Shown here one piece after another: positions 9,804 through 18,149 of a stretch of DNA of 22,615 nt. A program made the position numbers and the translations under genes. Position 1 is the first letter of the stretch, and the number at the start of each line of letters is the position of its first letter. The stretch spans positions 1-22,615 of the forward strand of contig CBFGJV010000027.1 of the NCBI GenBank assembly GCA_965649205.1, given 5' to 3'. Under the pieces are notes generated by a model, which saw only the letters and a program-made list of their open reading frames with translations, did no database searches and was not told where the DNA came from. The stretch comes from a candidate division WOR-3 bacterium. GTDB lineage: Bacteria; Hydrothermota; Tepidihabitantia; Tepidihabitantales; Tepidihabitantaceae.

Positions 9804-10634
9804 TCAATGTTCAAAGTATGCATCCGGTCGCAGCTCTACTTTCGACTTCTCCCTGAGCGATGTAAGCAGCCTGTTGACAGACTGCTGGTTCTTGCGATAG
9901 GTGAGGACAGCCTGTATGTAATCCTTCACTTCCGCAAAGGAAACGTTTTCCTTGACCTTTTTCTTGTCAACCAGCTTTACAATCTGATAGCCTTCCTGGG
10001 TAGGAATGACATCTGATACCTGGCCGGGTTCCAGGGCAAAAATAGCCTCTTCCAAGGTAGGGTCGCCACCCATACGCGGATCACCCACGCCCCGCGAGAA
10101 ATACTTGGACTCCTGTCCGCCTTCCAACAGTATATCCTGGGAACGTTCCTCGGCCAATTTCTTGAAATCTGCGCCGGCCCGAATCTCGGCCAGGGTCTTT
10201 TCTGCCTGCAGACTGTCAGACAGAACAATACGCATCATCTTCACTTCATAGCAGAACTCATCCTTGTGTGCATTGTAATACTGCATCATCTCTGCCTGAC
10301 TGACTGTAGATGCCGCCACCAACTTCTGTAACACCTCATTTACCAGATAGTCTCTCTTCAACCGCTCAAGAGCCTTTTTTATCTCCGGGTCTTTATCCAG
10401 ACCGCGGCGCAAAGCTTCCTGATACAGCAGCGCATTCGAGACCCACTTGTCCAGTATGCCGGGCAAATTCTGCTCGTCTATTGCAAATCCCTCCGGCACC
10501 AGCTCATCCAATTCTTCTTTGGTAAGCACCTCATTATTCACCACGGCCAGCACCTTGCCCTTGGGTTTGGAAGGACAACCGACCATGAACAAAAAAGAAA
10601 GCGCAACCGCGGCAAAAGTGATCCATCTTTTCAT
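9804..10634 (-). CDS. PrsA/PpiC-type foldase lipoprotein
   Basis: RBS AAGGAG before ATG 10634; lipobox FMVGC; VLAVVNNEVLT; parvulin-like GADFKKLAEERSQD...GQVSDVIPTQEGYQIVKL. Confidence 0.85.
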   Translation of the reverse strand: MKRWITFAAVALSFLFMVGCPSKPKGKVLAVVNNEVLTKEELDELVPEGFAIDEQNLPGILDKWVSNALLYQEALRRGLDKDPEIKKALERLKRDYLVNEVLQKLVAASTVSQAEMMQYYNAHKDEFCYEVKMMRIVLSDSLQAEKTLAEIRAGADFKKLAEERSQDILLEGGQESKYFSRGVGDPRMGGDPTLEEAIFALEPGQVSDVIPTQEGYQIVKLVDKKKVKENVSFAEVKDYIQAVLTYRKNQQSVNRLLTSLREKSKVELRPDAYFEH

Positions 10635-10700
10635 TGTTTCTTTCTCCTTGTAACTTACATACCTCATATTCTTATCTGCCCCAGACTTGCCTCGCCCAGT

Positions 10701-11933
10701 TCAGCCGGCGCTCCTGAACTTGATCCGTTTCAGAACTGCCTGATTTATCTGCACCCGCGCCCCGGCCCGCAAGGAATCGACCACTTCGCGCAGGCGCGCC
10801 TCTATACCTTCCACTCCCTCACCCCTGGCCTCAGCCACTTCCACCACTTCCCGACGGTAAAACTCTTGATACAAAAGGTGACGTCTGCGCCCTTCCAATT
10901 GTCGCCTGACGTCCGGACTGCGGTCCAGTTTCCTTTCCAGTGCATCCTCATACATCAGGTCTTCTTCAATCTCCCGTCTCACCGCATACTTCCGCAACGC
11001 CGTGTCCAAAGAGGCAGGAAACCTGCGAACCAGATGCAAAAACCTGCCTACCTTGACGTATTTGGCACTGTCCTTTATCGCCACCCATTCTTCCATTTCT
11101 TCGGGCAAAATGGAATCCGCCGGTTTGCAGAGAATATCCAAGCCTCGCTCATTATACTGCAGTCGGGACTGCAGTCTGGCTATGTAATCTTCGGCCAGCC
11201 TTCGTCGCTGCTGACGTCGCAGATTCGCCGCCAGCTCCCATTTGAGCTCTTTGTACGGAGGAGGCGCCGGGTCTGCCGGTCTGCGCTCCAAAAGACGCAC
11301 GATTCGGTATTCGTTTCCCGATTTGACTGACTTAGTCCACTGTCCAGGAGAAAGCGCCATCACCGCACTGCGGGCCGGCTCTTCCAGAGCCAATTCAGGC
11401 AGGAACCCTATATCTCCCCCTTCACTGGCGCTGGGATCCTGTGAGTAACGCACAGCAAGAGACTCAAAAGGTACGCCCGCGGCCAGCTCCGCCCATATGT
11501 GCCAGGCCAAAGACTCTTCCCGTACGGCGATAAACTGCAAATGAGACTCTGTCTGCAGCATCCGGTAGGCAGCGGCCAGTTCCAGCTCGGTGAGCCTATT
11601 ACCGGGAGCGGTGACGTTATTATATAGCTCCTGAATCAGTATTTTTTTCTTATCCAGTTCCAGCTGATAGGCAATATCTTTGTCCAGACCCTTTTTCTCC
11701 GCCGCCTGCACCAATAGCTCTCTCGCTATCAAGTCATTGAGAACCCTCAACTTCGTCCCGTTCTCACCCAGAATTGAATCAGGAGCATAGGGAAGCGCCG
11801 CAATCAACTCTCGTGCCATCAGGGGGCGTCCGTTCACGCGGCACACCACCTGTTCAGGCAGAGGTGCTTGACGGCAGACAAGCACAGTGGTAGATAAGAT
11901 GATGAGCAGGAAAAACGACTTTTTTCGTTTCAT
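10701..11933 (-). CDS. PpiC-type peptidylprolyl isomerase / foldase (probable lipoprotein)
   Basis: Signal peptide ending VLVC; VCRVNGRPL; GVPFESLAVRYSQDPSASEGGDIGF parvulin motif. Confidence 0.85.
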   Translation of the reverse strand: MKRKKSFFLLIILSTTVLVCRQAPLPEQVVCRVNGRPLMARELIAALPYAPDSILGENGTKLRVLNDLIARELLVQAAEKKGLDKDIAYQLELDKKKILIQELYNNVTAPGNRLTELELAAAYRMLQTESHLQFIAVREESLAWHIWAELAAGVPFESLAVRYSQDPSASEGGDIGFLPELALEEPARSAVMALSPGQWTKSVKSGNEYRIVRLLERRPADPAPPPYKELKWELAANLRRQQRRRLAEDYIARLQSRLQYNERGLDILCKPADSILPEEMEEWVAIKDSAKYVKVGRFLHLVRRFPASLDTALRKYAVRREIEEDLMYEDALERKLDRSPDVRRQLEGRRRHLLYQEFYRREVVEVAEARGEGVEGIEARLREVVDSLRAGARVQINQAVLKRIKFRSAG

Positions 11934-11939
11934 CTGACT

Positions 11940-11967
11940 ACAATACCGCGACTGCGCCCAATGTCAA
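11940..11967 (-). promoter_or_regulatory. Sigma70 promoter of the foldase operon (probably leaderless)
   Basis: Minus strand reads TTGACA, 16 bp, TATTGT, 6 nt, ATG (11933). Confidence 0.7.
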
Positions 11968-12088
11968 CCGATGTCCTTCCTTATCCTGCCATATGCCATA
12001 TCCCGATTTCGTCCAGCCTGGCCCCGCTGTCACTCACCGCCTCCGCGCTGTATCTCGAAAATGTCCCCGTGATTGTATCCCCTACACT

Positions 12089-13201
12089 TTACGACCGCGG
12101 ACGCCGGAATCGTATGACCAGCAGGTCCTTTTCTTCCGAATTTGCCGCGAAGGTTCCTAGAACGAATGCGTCTTCATCCACAACCAGATCAGCTCCTTCC
12201 GTGTTCGTCCCCGGTCGCCCGTAATTCCTCTCCCAGGTGGAAAGTGCCTTCGGCAGATACTGAAAAACAACCAGGTGCCAGAAATCACGTACACGCATAC
12301 GCCCGGCTACAAACAGTTCTCCGTCAGCCGCAGTCGCTATGGCCCTGCCCTCTGCTATGACATCTTCGTGATAGGCCGTGGCGCGAATAAGCTCGCCTGC
12401 AGGCTGATACTCTAACATTACACAGCGAGCCTCTGCTCCTTCTCCCGCTGTACCTGTGGCAACAACGTTACCAAAAAGGTCAACGACAATATCGCCGGGC
12501 CTGTCTCTGCGACCAGAGTCGTACCGCCGAGTCCAGAGCGTATCGCCGTTCGACCGCAGCCGACACAATACCATATCCAGATTCTCCGCATTGCCCGTCT
12601 GCCCTACAAAGACAATCTCCCCTGTTCTCGTAACCGCGAGTCGGCGCGCGCCTGTAACTGAACCAAAGCTATAATTCTTAAGCCACCTGGTCCTGCCGTC
12701 CGCCAGATTGAGCATTGCCACAAACGCCTCCAGCTTTTCCCCGCTTCGGGCCGAACCGCATACATATACACCGCTATCAGAAACAGCAATACCGTCCGCA
12801 TAGCTGGCATCACCCACCGCAAGTGCTTTCTGCCATTCTACACGGCCGCCGGGGTCAAATCTGACCACCACACACATCTGCCTCCCTTCCAGAACACACG
12901 TGCCGCAGGCTAGTATCGCTCCCCGCTCAGTCAGAACCAAATCACCGGCCCTACTGTTCCCTCCCGGCGTGTATTCGCGTCGCCACAGAAGTTGCCCATC
13001 TGTGCGCAGCGCCTGCATCACCCATACGCCATTCGAATCGGGTCCAAACCTCGTGCCCAGAACAACAAGCAGTCCCTCTCTTACAGTGAGCGCTGCCGCT
13101 TCATCCCGTCCTCCCCAGTCAAAAACTCTTTTCCAGACGACAGGCCCTTGCCCACCGCAACCGACGAGAACCAGCAAGATTAGAAATATACCTATCCACA
13201 T
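12089..13201 (-). CDS. Hypothetical lipoprotein with beta-propeller-like repeats
   Basis: Lipobox LVGC; recurring ~50-aa units ending in G..W.R.Y-like motifs (DGQLLWRREY, GRTRWLKNY, GDTLWTRRY, TWERNY). Confidence 0.75.
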   Translation of the reverse strand: MWIGIFLILLVLVGCGGQGPVVWKRVFDWGGRDEAAALTVREGLLVVLGTRFGPDSNGVWVMQALRTDGQLLWRREYTPGGNSRAGDLVLTERGAILACGTCVLEGRQMCVVVRFDPGGRVEWQKALAVGDASYADGIAVSDSGVYVCGSARSGEKLEAFVAMLNLADGRTRWLKNYSFGSVTGARRLAVTRTGEIVFVGQTGNAENLDMVLCRLRSNGDTLWTRRYDSGRRDRPGDIVVDLFGNVVATGTAGEGAEARCVMLEYQPAGELIRATAYHEDVIAEGRAIATAADGELFVAGRMRVRDFWHLVVFQYLPKALSTWERNYGRPGTNTEGADLVVDEDAFVLGTFAANSEEKDLLVIRFRRPRS

Positions 13202-13207
13202 GGGGTA

Positions 13208-13236
13208 ACTATAAAGCTCCTACAGAACAAAGTCCA
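13208..13236 (-). promoter_or_regulatory. Putative promoter of the repeat lipoprotein gene (probably leaderless)
   Basis: Minus strand reads TGGACT, 17 bp, TATAGT, 6 nt, ATG (13201). Confidence 0.55.
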
Positions 13237-13289
13237 CACCGACGCACAAATGATTGCAAGTGAGACTTTCCCCTTGTCCTTTTTCATTC

Positions 13290-13295
13290 TATAAT
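13290..13295 (+). promoter_or_regulatory. -10 box of glmM-glmS (probably leaderless)
   Basis: Perfect TATAAT 6 nt before ATG 13302; no SD sequence; -35 poorly matched. Confidence 0.55.
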
Positions 13296-13301
13296 GCGAC
13301 G

Positions 13302-14696
13302 ATGTTACCCGGCATCTTCGGTATTTCTGGCCTGCGCGGAATAGTAGGCGAGGAAATAAACCCTGAACTGTTCTGCCACATTGCCGCCGCTTTCGGTGCA
13401 CTGCTCGGCCCGGGCAACGTGGCGATTGGGCAGGACAGCCGGCCCTCCAGCAACATGCTGGCCGCGGCCGCAGCCGCAGGGCTTGCCAGCGTGGGCCGGG
13501 ACGTACAACTGTTAGGTCTGTGCCCCACCCCCACTGTTCTTCACCATGTGCGACTGCACAAACCAGCTGGGGCAATCGTAGTGACCGCTAGTCATAATCC
13601 GGAACCCTGGAACGGAATGAAGCTTGCCGGCTCCTCTGGCCGTTTTCTCTCCCCGACTGAATTTGCCCGCTTCAAGGAATTTGTGGCTTCTGGCAGTTTC
13701 ATCCGGGCTGACTGGAAGCAAGTCGGCAATATAAGCGAGTATCCCCAGGCCGTGACCGACCATATCAACTCAGTGGTACAGAACCCCATCTTTGCCCCTA
13801 TCTGCCAGAAATCGAGCCGCCGCCGACTGCGGGTAGGCCTGGATGCAGTAAACGGAGCAACCTGCGCTGCCGCAGTAGAGCTGGTGCGTACCTGGGGCTG
13901 TGAGCCAATGCCGATAAATTGTGACCCCGCCGCTGCCCGCCATGGCTTTCCCCGACCGCCTGAGCCAACAAAGGATAATGTCTCGGCTCTTGCCCGACTG
14001 GTACGTGCTCAAAAACTGGACCTGGGCTTTGCCTTTGACCCGGATGGAGACAGACTAAGCTGTGTGGACGATAGGGGTCGACCCCTAGGTGAGGAAGCTA
14101 CCATCTGCCTGGCTGCCAAATATGTTCTGCTGCATAATCGCGGACCGGTAGTTGTCAATCTTTCCACCACTCGGGCTATGGATGACATCTGCTCTGACTT
14201 TAAGGTAAAACTCTTTCGCACCCCGGTGGGAGAACCCGCGGTTGTAGAACGTATACTGGAAACAGAGGCCGTGCTTGGAGGCGAAGGCAACGGCGGAGTA
14301 ATTCTCCCCCAAATAAACCTGACTCGCGACAGTCTGGTGGCCGCAGCCTGCGTTCTCAGCCTGATGTCTTTCACAGGACTTCCCCTCTCTCGACTCGCGG
14401 ACGAGCTACCTTTATATCATATGCTCAAGACCAAAGTGCCACTGAGCCGGGATTTGTTCAACCAACGCAGACACCATCTTCTTGAGGCATTTCCGGATTG
14501 CCGGACAGACGAAAGGGACGGGCTCTGGCTCGGCCATAAAGAATTCTGGCTCCACGTCAGGCCGTCTAATACCGAACCGTTAACAAGGATTGTAGTCGAA
14601 GCCAGAACCGAAGCCACAGCTCAGACAATTCTCAGCCGGGTCCACAAACTGCTGAAACAAGATAGCCCGCATAACGCTCATACCGGAGGTTCGTGA
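13302..14696 (+). CDS. glmM: Phosphoglucosamine mutase (alpha-D-phosphohexomutase family)
   Basis: GISGLRG, catalytic VTASHNP, metal-binding DPDGDR, GGEGNGG, RPSNTEP; translationally coupled to glmS. Specificity is inferred from context. Confidence 0.85.
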   Translation: MLPGIFGISGLRGIVGEEINPELFCHIAAAFGALLGPGNVAIGQDSRPSSNMLAAAAAAGLASVGRDVQLLGLCPTPTVLHHVRLHKPAGAIVVTASHNPEPWNGMKLAGSSGRFLSPTEFARFKEFVASGSFIRADWKQVGNISEYPQAVTDHINSVVQNPIFAPICQKSSRRRLRVGLDAVNGATCAAAVELVRTWGCEPMPINCDPAAARHGFPRPPEPTKDNVSALARLVRAQKLDLGFAFDPDGDRLSCVDDRGRPLGEEATICLAAKYVLLHNRGPVVVNLSTTRAMDDICSDFKVKLFRTPVGEPAVVERILETEAVLGGEGNGGVILPQINLTRDSLVAAACVLSLMSFTGLPLSRLADELPLYHMLKTKVPLSRDLFNQRRHHLLEAFPDCRTDERDGLWLGHKEFWLHVRPSNTEPLTRIVVEARTEATAQTILSRVHKLLKQDSPHNAHTGGS

Positions 14697-16519
14697 TGTG
14701 TGGAATAGTTGGCTATATTGGTCGGCGCAACGTTGTGAATGTGGTCATGGTCGGCTTGGAGCGACTGGAGTACCGCGGCTACGACTCCTGCGGTATAGCC
14801 ACCGTGGATGGCGGATTGCGCGTTCGGAAAACTGCCGGACGCCTGCAGCAACTGAAGGAGATACTCGCCCGCGACCCCCTGAGCGGTAATCTCGGAATCG
14901 GCCACACCCGCTGGGCTACCCATGGCCGGGTCAGTGATGATAACGCTCATCCCTTTACGGATTGTACCGGCACCCTGGCCATAGTTCACAACGGTATCAT
15001 CGAAAACTATCGCGAGCTGCGTAACCGTCTAGTGACAGCAGGGCACCGCTTTACATCCGAAACAGACACTGAGGTAATAATTCATCTCATAGAATCCAAC
15101 TACCAGGGAAATCTGGCTCACGCTGTACGCAAAGTCCTGCCCAAACTGCGCGGCTCCTTTGCCCTCGCCGTCATCTCCCGCGATGAGCCAGACCGGATTG
15201 TAGTAGCGAGAATGGGCAGTCCTCTGCTCATTGGGCTGGGACAGGACGAAACAGTTGTCGCCTCCGACGTACCGGCCTTGGTAGGCGTGGCTAGAAAAAT
15301 GCTGGTCCTGCAGGATGGAGAAACCGCAGTCCTTACCCGCTCCGGTGCCAGAATTACGGACGCAGCCGGCCGCCGCATAGAAAGAGCTGCCACTAAGCCT
15401 GAACTAAAACCCAAAGCCGTATCGCGCGGTCACTATCGTCACTTCATGCGCAAGGAAATATATGAACAGCCTAAGGTTATAGCAGAAAACATACAGCGCC
15501 GTTTCCAAGGACGCAGTATCCTCCTCGACCCGGAATTCCTTTTTTATCCCGAGGACATAGAAAAGATTGAACGCATCGTCATACAGGCCTGCGGTACTTC
15601 CTATCATGCCGGACTTATCGGACGCTACTACTTCGAAAAACTGTGTCGCATACCGGTCTCGGTAGAAATCAGCTCTGAGTTGCGCACCTCGGAGTTCATC
15701 TACGACACCCGTACCCTTATGCTCGCCATAAGCCAGTCGGGAGAAACTGCCGACACGTTAGCGGCTTTGCGAGAAGCCTCTCGTCGTGACATCAAGACAC
15801 TCGCCGTCCTCAATACCCGGCGTTCCTCCATCGACCGGGAAGCCCACGCCTCTGTTTTCATTCACGCCGGTCCGGAAATAGGGGTAGCCTCCACGAAAGC
15901 GTACACAGCTCAGATATTTACGCTGCTTACCCTGGCCCTCTACTTTGGCCGCATTCGCGGGACGATAACTGACCGTCAACTGCAGCAGCACGCGCAAGAC
16001 GCCCGCGCCCTGCCGGAACAGATGCGTCGTGTACTCCGGCTCGACCGCAAAATAAAGGAAACCGCCTCCCGCCTGGCGGCGGTGAACGACTTTCTCTTTT
16101 TGGGCAGGGGCATCAACTATCCATCTGCACTTGAGGGCGCTCTCAAACTCAAGGAAATTTCTTATGTCCACGCCACCGGCTACCCGGCCGGAGAGATGAA
16201 ACATGGCCCCATATCGCTTATAACTGACACCGTTTCTGTGATAGGTATCGCTCCCCGCGACTCAGTTTATGACAAGATGATATCAAATCTAGCCGAAGCC
16301 AAAGCGCGTAAAGGTCGTATAATCGCCATAGGCACCGAAGGTGACACGGCTTTGAACGAACTCGCAGAAACAGTACTGCCGATTCCGGCCACCTCCGAGT
16401 TCCTCTCCCCCATACTGGTAGCCCTGCCCTTGCAACTGTTCGCTTACCATATTGCGGTGCTGCGCGGTTGCGATGTGGACAAACCCAGAAACCTTGCCAA
16501 ATCTGTCACGGTAGAATAG
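14696..16519 (+). CDS. glmS: Glutamine--fructose-6-phosphate aminotransferase
   Basis: N-terminal MCGIVG, LEYRGYDS, GHTRWATHG, SQSGETADT, C-terminal PRNLAKSVTVE. Confidence 0.98.
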   Translation: MCGIVGYIGRRNVVNVVMVGLERLEYRGYDSCGIATVDGGLRVRKTAGRLQQLKEILARDPLSGNLGIGHTRWATHGRVSDDNAHPFTDCTGTLAIVHNGIIENYRELRNRLVTAGHRFTSETDTEVIIHLIESNYQGNLAHAVRKVLPKLRGSFALAVISRDEPDRIVVARMGSPLLIGLGQDETVVASDVPALVGVARKMLVLQDGETAVLTRSGARITDAAGRRIERAATKPELKPKAVSRGHYRHFMRKEIYEQPKVIAENIQRRFQGRSILLDPEFLFYPEDIEKIERIVIQACGTSYHAGLIGRYYFEKLCRIPVSVEISSELRTSEFIYDTRTLMLAISQSGETADTLAALREASRRDIKTLAVLNTRRSSIDREAHASVFIHAGPEIGVASTKAYTAQIFTLLTLALYFGRIRGTITDRQLQQHAQDARALPEQMRRVLRLDRKIKETASRLAAVNDFLFLGRGINYPSALEGALKLKEISYVHATGYPAGEMKHGPISLITDTVSVIGIAPRDSVYDKMISNLAEAKARKGRIIAIGTEGDTALNELAETVLPIPATSEFLSPILVALPLQLFAYHIAVLRGCDVDKPRNLAKSVTVE

Positions 16520-16522
16520 GTA

Positions 16523-16550
16523 TTGACATATTTTTGCCTCCTCTTATTAT
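16523..16550 (+). promoter_or_regulatory. Sigma70 promoter immediately after glmS
   Basis: TTGACA (16523-16528), 16-bp spacer, TATTAT (16545-16550). Confidence 0.65.
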
Positions 16551-16556
16551 GATCTG

Positions 16557-16716
16557 ATTCCGATGAGGTTTGACATGCGCTGGCTCCGGAGGTGGCAGAC
16601 GTGAATAACCCCCTTGGGAGCCGTGTGCTCCTGCGATGTATAAACCGCTTGGCCAGCCCAGTACCGACACAAGCAGTGGTGACCGGACGAAAGTTTCCCG
16701 GCCGGCTGCCGGGGTT
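16557..16716 (+). ncRNA. Candidate structured RNA (sRNA or cis-regulatory leader), family not recognised
   Basis: Starts at the expected TSS of the upstream promoter; several nested stems and a GAAA tetraloop hairpin (see findings). Confidence 0.4.
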
Positions 16717-16742
16717 AATTTTGACAGGAAAACTAAACAATT

Positions 16743-17144
16743 ATGGATTATCGCTTACTTTCAATTCTAGCTCTGATACTCTGGGGAAGCTGGGGTTTTA
16801 TTACCAAGATTGTTGCCGACCAGGTACCTACGCAGAACATGGCTTTCTGGAGCACGGTAGCTACTTTACTGCCCATTGCCGTCTTTGTATTCACCGGCAA
16901 TACAGAGAAACTGCTGCGACCGCATCCCCTGGTAGTCCTTTCCGGTTTTCTTTCCGGCATGGCCTACATATTTTTCCTGCTGGCGCTGCGCCGAGGACCG
17001 GCATCAGTCGTAGTTCCATTGTCGGGCATGTATATTCTGATACCAGCCGTGCTGGGTTTCATATTTCTCAAAGAAAAGCTCTCCGTTGCGCACCTGCTCG
17101 GTCTGGTGTGCGCTGGATTGGCGGTCTTCTTCCTGAGCCGCTAA
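16743..17144 (+). CDS. Single-domain EamA/DMT family membrane transporter
   Basis: 133 aa, about five hydrophobic helices; LWGSWGF, ALRRGPASVVVPL, FLKEKLS...LGL motifs. Confidence 0.88.
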   Translation: MDYRLLSILALILWGSWGFITKIVADQVPTQNMAFWSTVATLLPIAVFVFTGNTEKLLRPHPLVVLSGFLSGMAYIFFLLALRRGPASVVVPLSGMYILIPAVLGFIFLKEKLSVAHLLGLVCAGLAVFFLSR

Positions 17145-17189
17145 CCCGCGCCACCCCTTTCCCCGGACCTTCTGAAAATCGAAGCAATC

Positions 17190-17217
17190 CACTATCGCGG
17201 AATAGGCCGCGACAGTG
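17190..17217 (+). promoter_or_regulatory. Inverted repeat upstream of the methyltransferase (operator or RNA hairpin)
   Basis: CACTATCGCGG (17190-17200) / CCGCGACAGTG (17207-17217), 10 of 11 pairs. Confidence 0.45.
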
Positions 17218-17241
17218 TTATCAACCCCTAGGGAGGTTAGT

Positions 17242-18039
17242 ATGTTAAAACGTTACGACTACACCGGAAAAGATGTCCAGGACGTTTACGATGGTCCAGG
17301 CGGCCTGTTGTGGGAGGCAGTAATGTCCGAACAGATTCACTCCGGCGGCGAACGCACAACAGACGAGCTGGCCCAGGCTTTAGGTCTCAAACCAGGTATG
17401 CATGTCCTAGATGTATGCTCTGCCTTGGGTGCACCAGCCCGGCACATCGCCAAGAAGTACGGAGTAAGGGTAACCGGGCTTGATTTCACCAAAACCATGC
17501 TTGAGAAAGCAAGAGAGCGTACCAAAGCCGCTGGTCTGGACAACGTCATCACCTTTGTTGAAGGTAACGCGATGGACATGCCTTTCAAAAAGGACACCTT
17601 TGACATCGTCTGGGGCCAAGAAGCGTGGTGCTACGTCACCGACAAAGACCTTCTTGCCCGTGAGTGCTTCCGGGTATTGAAGCCCGGCGGAAAAATTGGC
17701 TTCACCGACTGGGTCATCACCGGCAAGATTGAAGAGGACCTTCTTGCCAAGCTGTACGAGTCTATGGCGTTTCCCTATATGGAAACTTTCGAGGGGTGGC
17801 AGGAAGTTCTGAAACGTGCCGGTTTCCGCATCCTTGACGCGCAAGACCAGACCGAAGATTTTGCCCGCTGCTTTGACGAATACAAGCCGATGGTCGAAGA
17901 GAAGCTGAAGCCCACTATCCTGCAGAACTTCGGGCCGGAACTGTTCGACTTCGCCAAGAGTCTTGTGAACCTATGGCGCGATGCCGCACACCGGCATCAG
18001 GTCGGCCGCGGCTTCTACATCGGCGAGAAACCGAAGTAA
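17242..18039 (+). CDS. Class I SAM-dependent methyltransferase
   Basis: RBS GGAGGT before ATG 17242; motif I VLDVCSALG, VTGLDF, GNAMDMPFKKDTFDIVW, RVLKPGG. Confidence 0.92.
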   Translation: MLKRYDYTGKDVQDVYDGPGGLLWEAVMSEQIHSGGERTTDELAQALGLKPGMHVLDVCSALGAPARHIAKKYGVRVTGLDFTKTMLEKARERTKAAGLDNVITFVEGNAMDMPFKKDTFDIVWGQEAWCYVTDKDLLARECFRVLKPGGKIGFTDWVITGKIEEDLLAKLYESMAFPYMETFEGWQEVLKRAGFRILDAQDQTEDFARCFDEYKPMVEEKLKPTILQNFGPELFDFAKSLVNLWRDAAHRHQVGRGFYIGEKPK

Positions 18040-18046
18040 CCGGCGC

Positions 18047-18130
18047 GGGACATGACCAGATTCTACCTCCTCACCCTTTCCCTCTCCACCAAACTTGAGA
18101 GGATTGAGATGAGGAGCAGAGCTGTGTCCT
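18047..18130. repeat. Intergenic palindromic (REP-like) stem-loop
   Basis: Nested pairs GGGACA/TGTCCT, CTCCTCA (18067-18073)/TGAGGAG (18110-18116), CCTCTC (18081-18086)/GAGAGG (18097-18102). Confidence 0.55.
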
Positions 18131-18149
18131 AAGCCAATAAGGAGGAAAC

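Noticed and set aside
16472..16560. attTn7 site at the glmS 3' end with a possible Tn7 insertion
   Set aside because: The target-like sequence is simply conserved glmS coding sequence; no Tn7 end or tns genes are visible
16557..16716. glmS ribozyme, hammerhead, fluoride riboswitch or group II intron domain V as the identity of the RNA
   Set aside because: Only fragments match (GATGAG...GAAA, GAGCCGTGTGC); the required cores and pairings are absent, and it lies downstream of glmS
16592..17248. 218-aa alternative ORF with GGAGGT before a GTG at 16601
   Set aside because: It fully overlaps the convincing EamA gene in another frame and its translation is not protein-like
18052..18132. 26-aa ORF MTRFYLLTLSLSTKLERIEMRSRAVS
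   Set aside because: Weak SD and it coincides with the palindrome, which explains the sequence better
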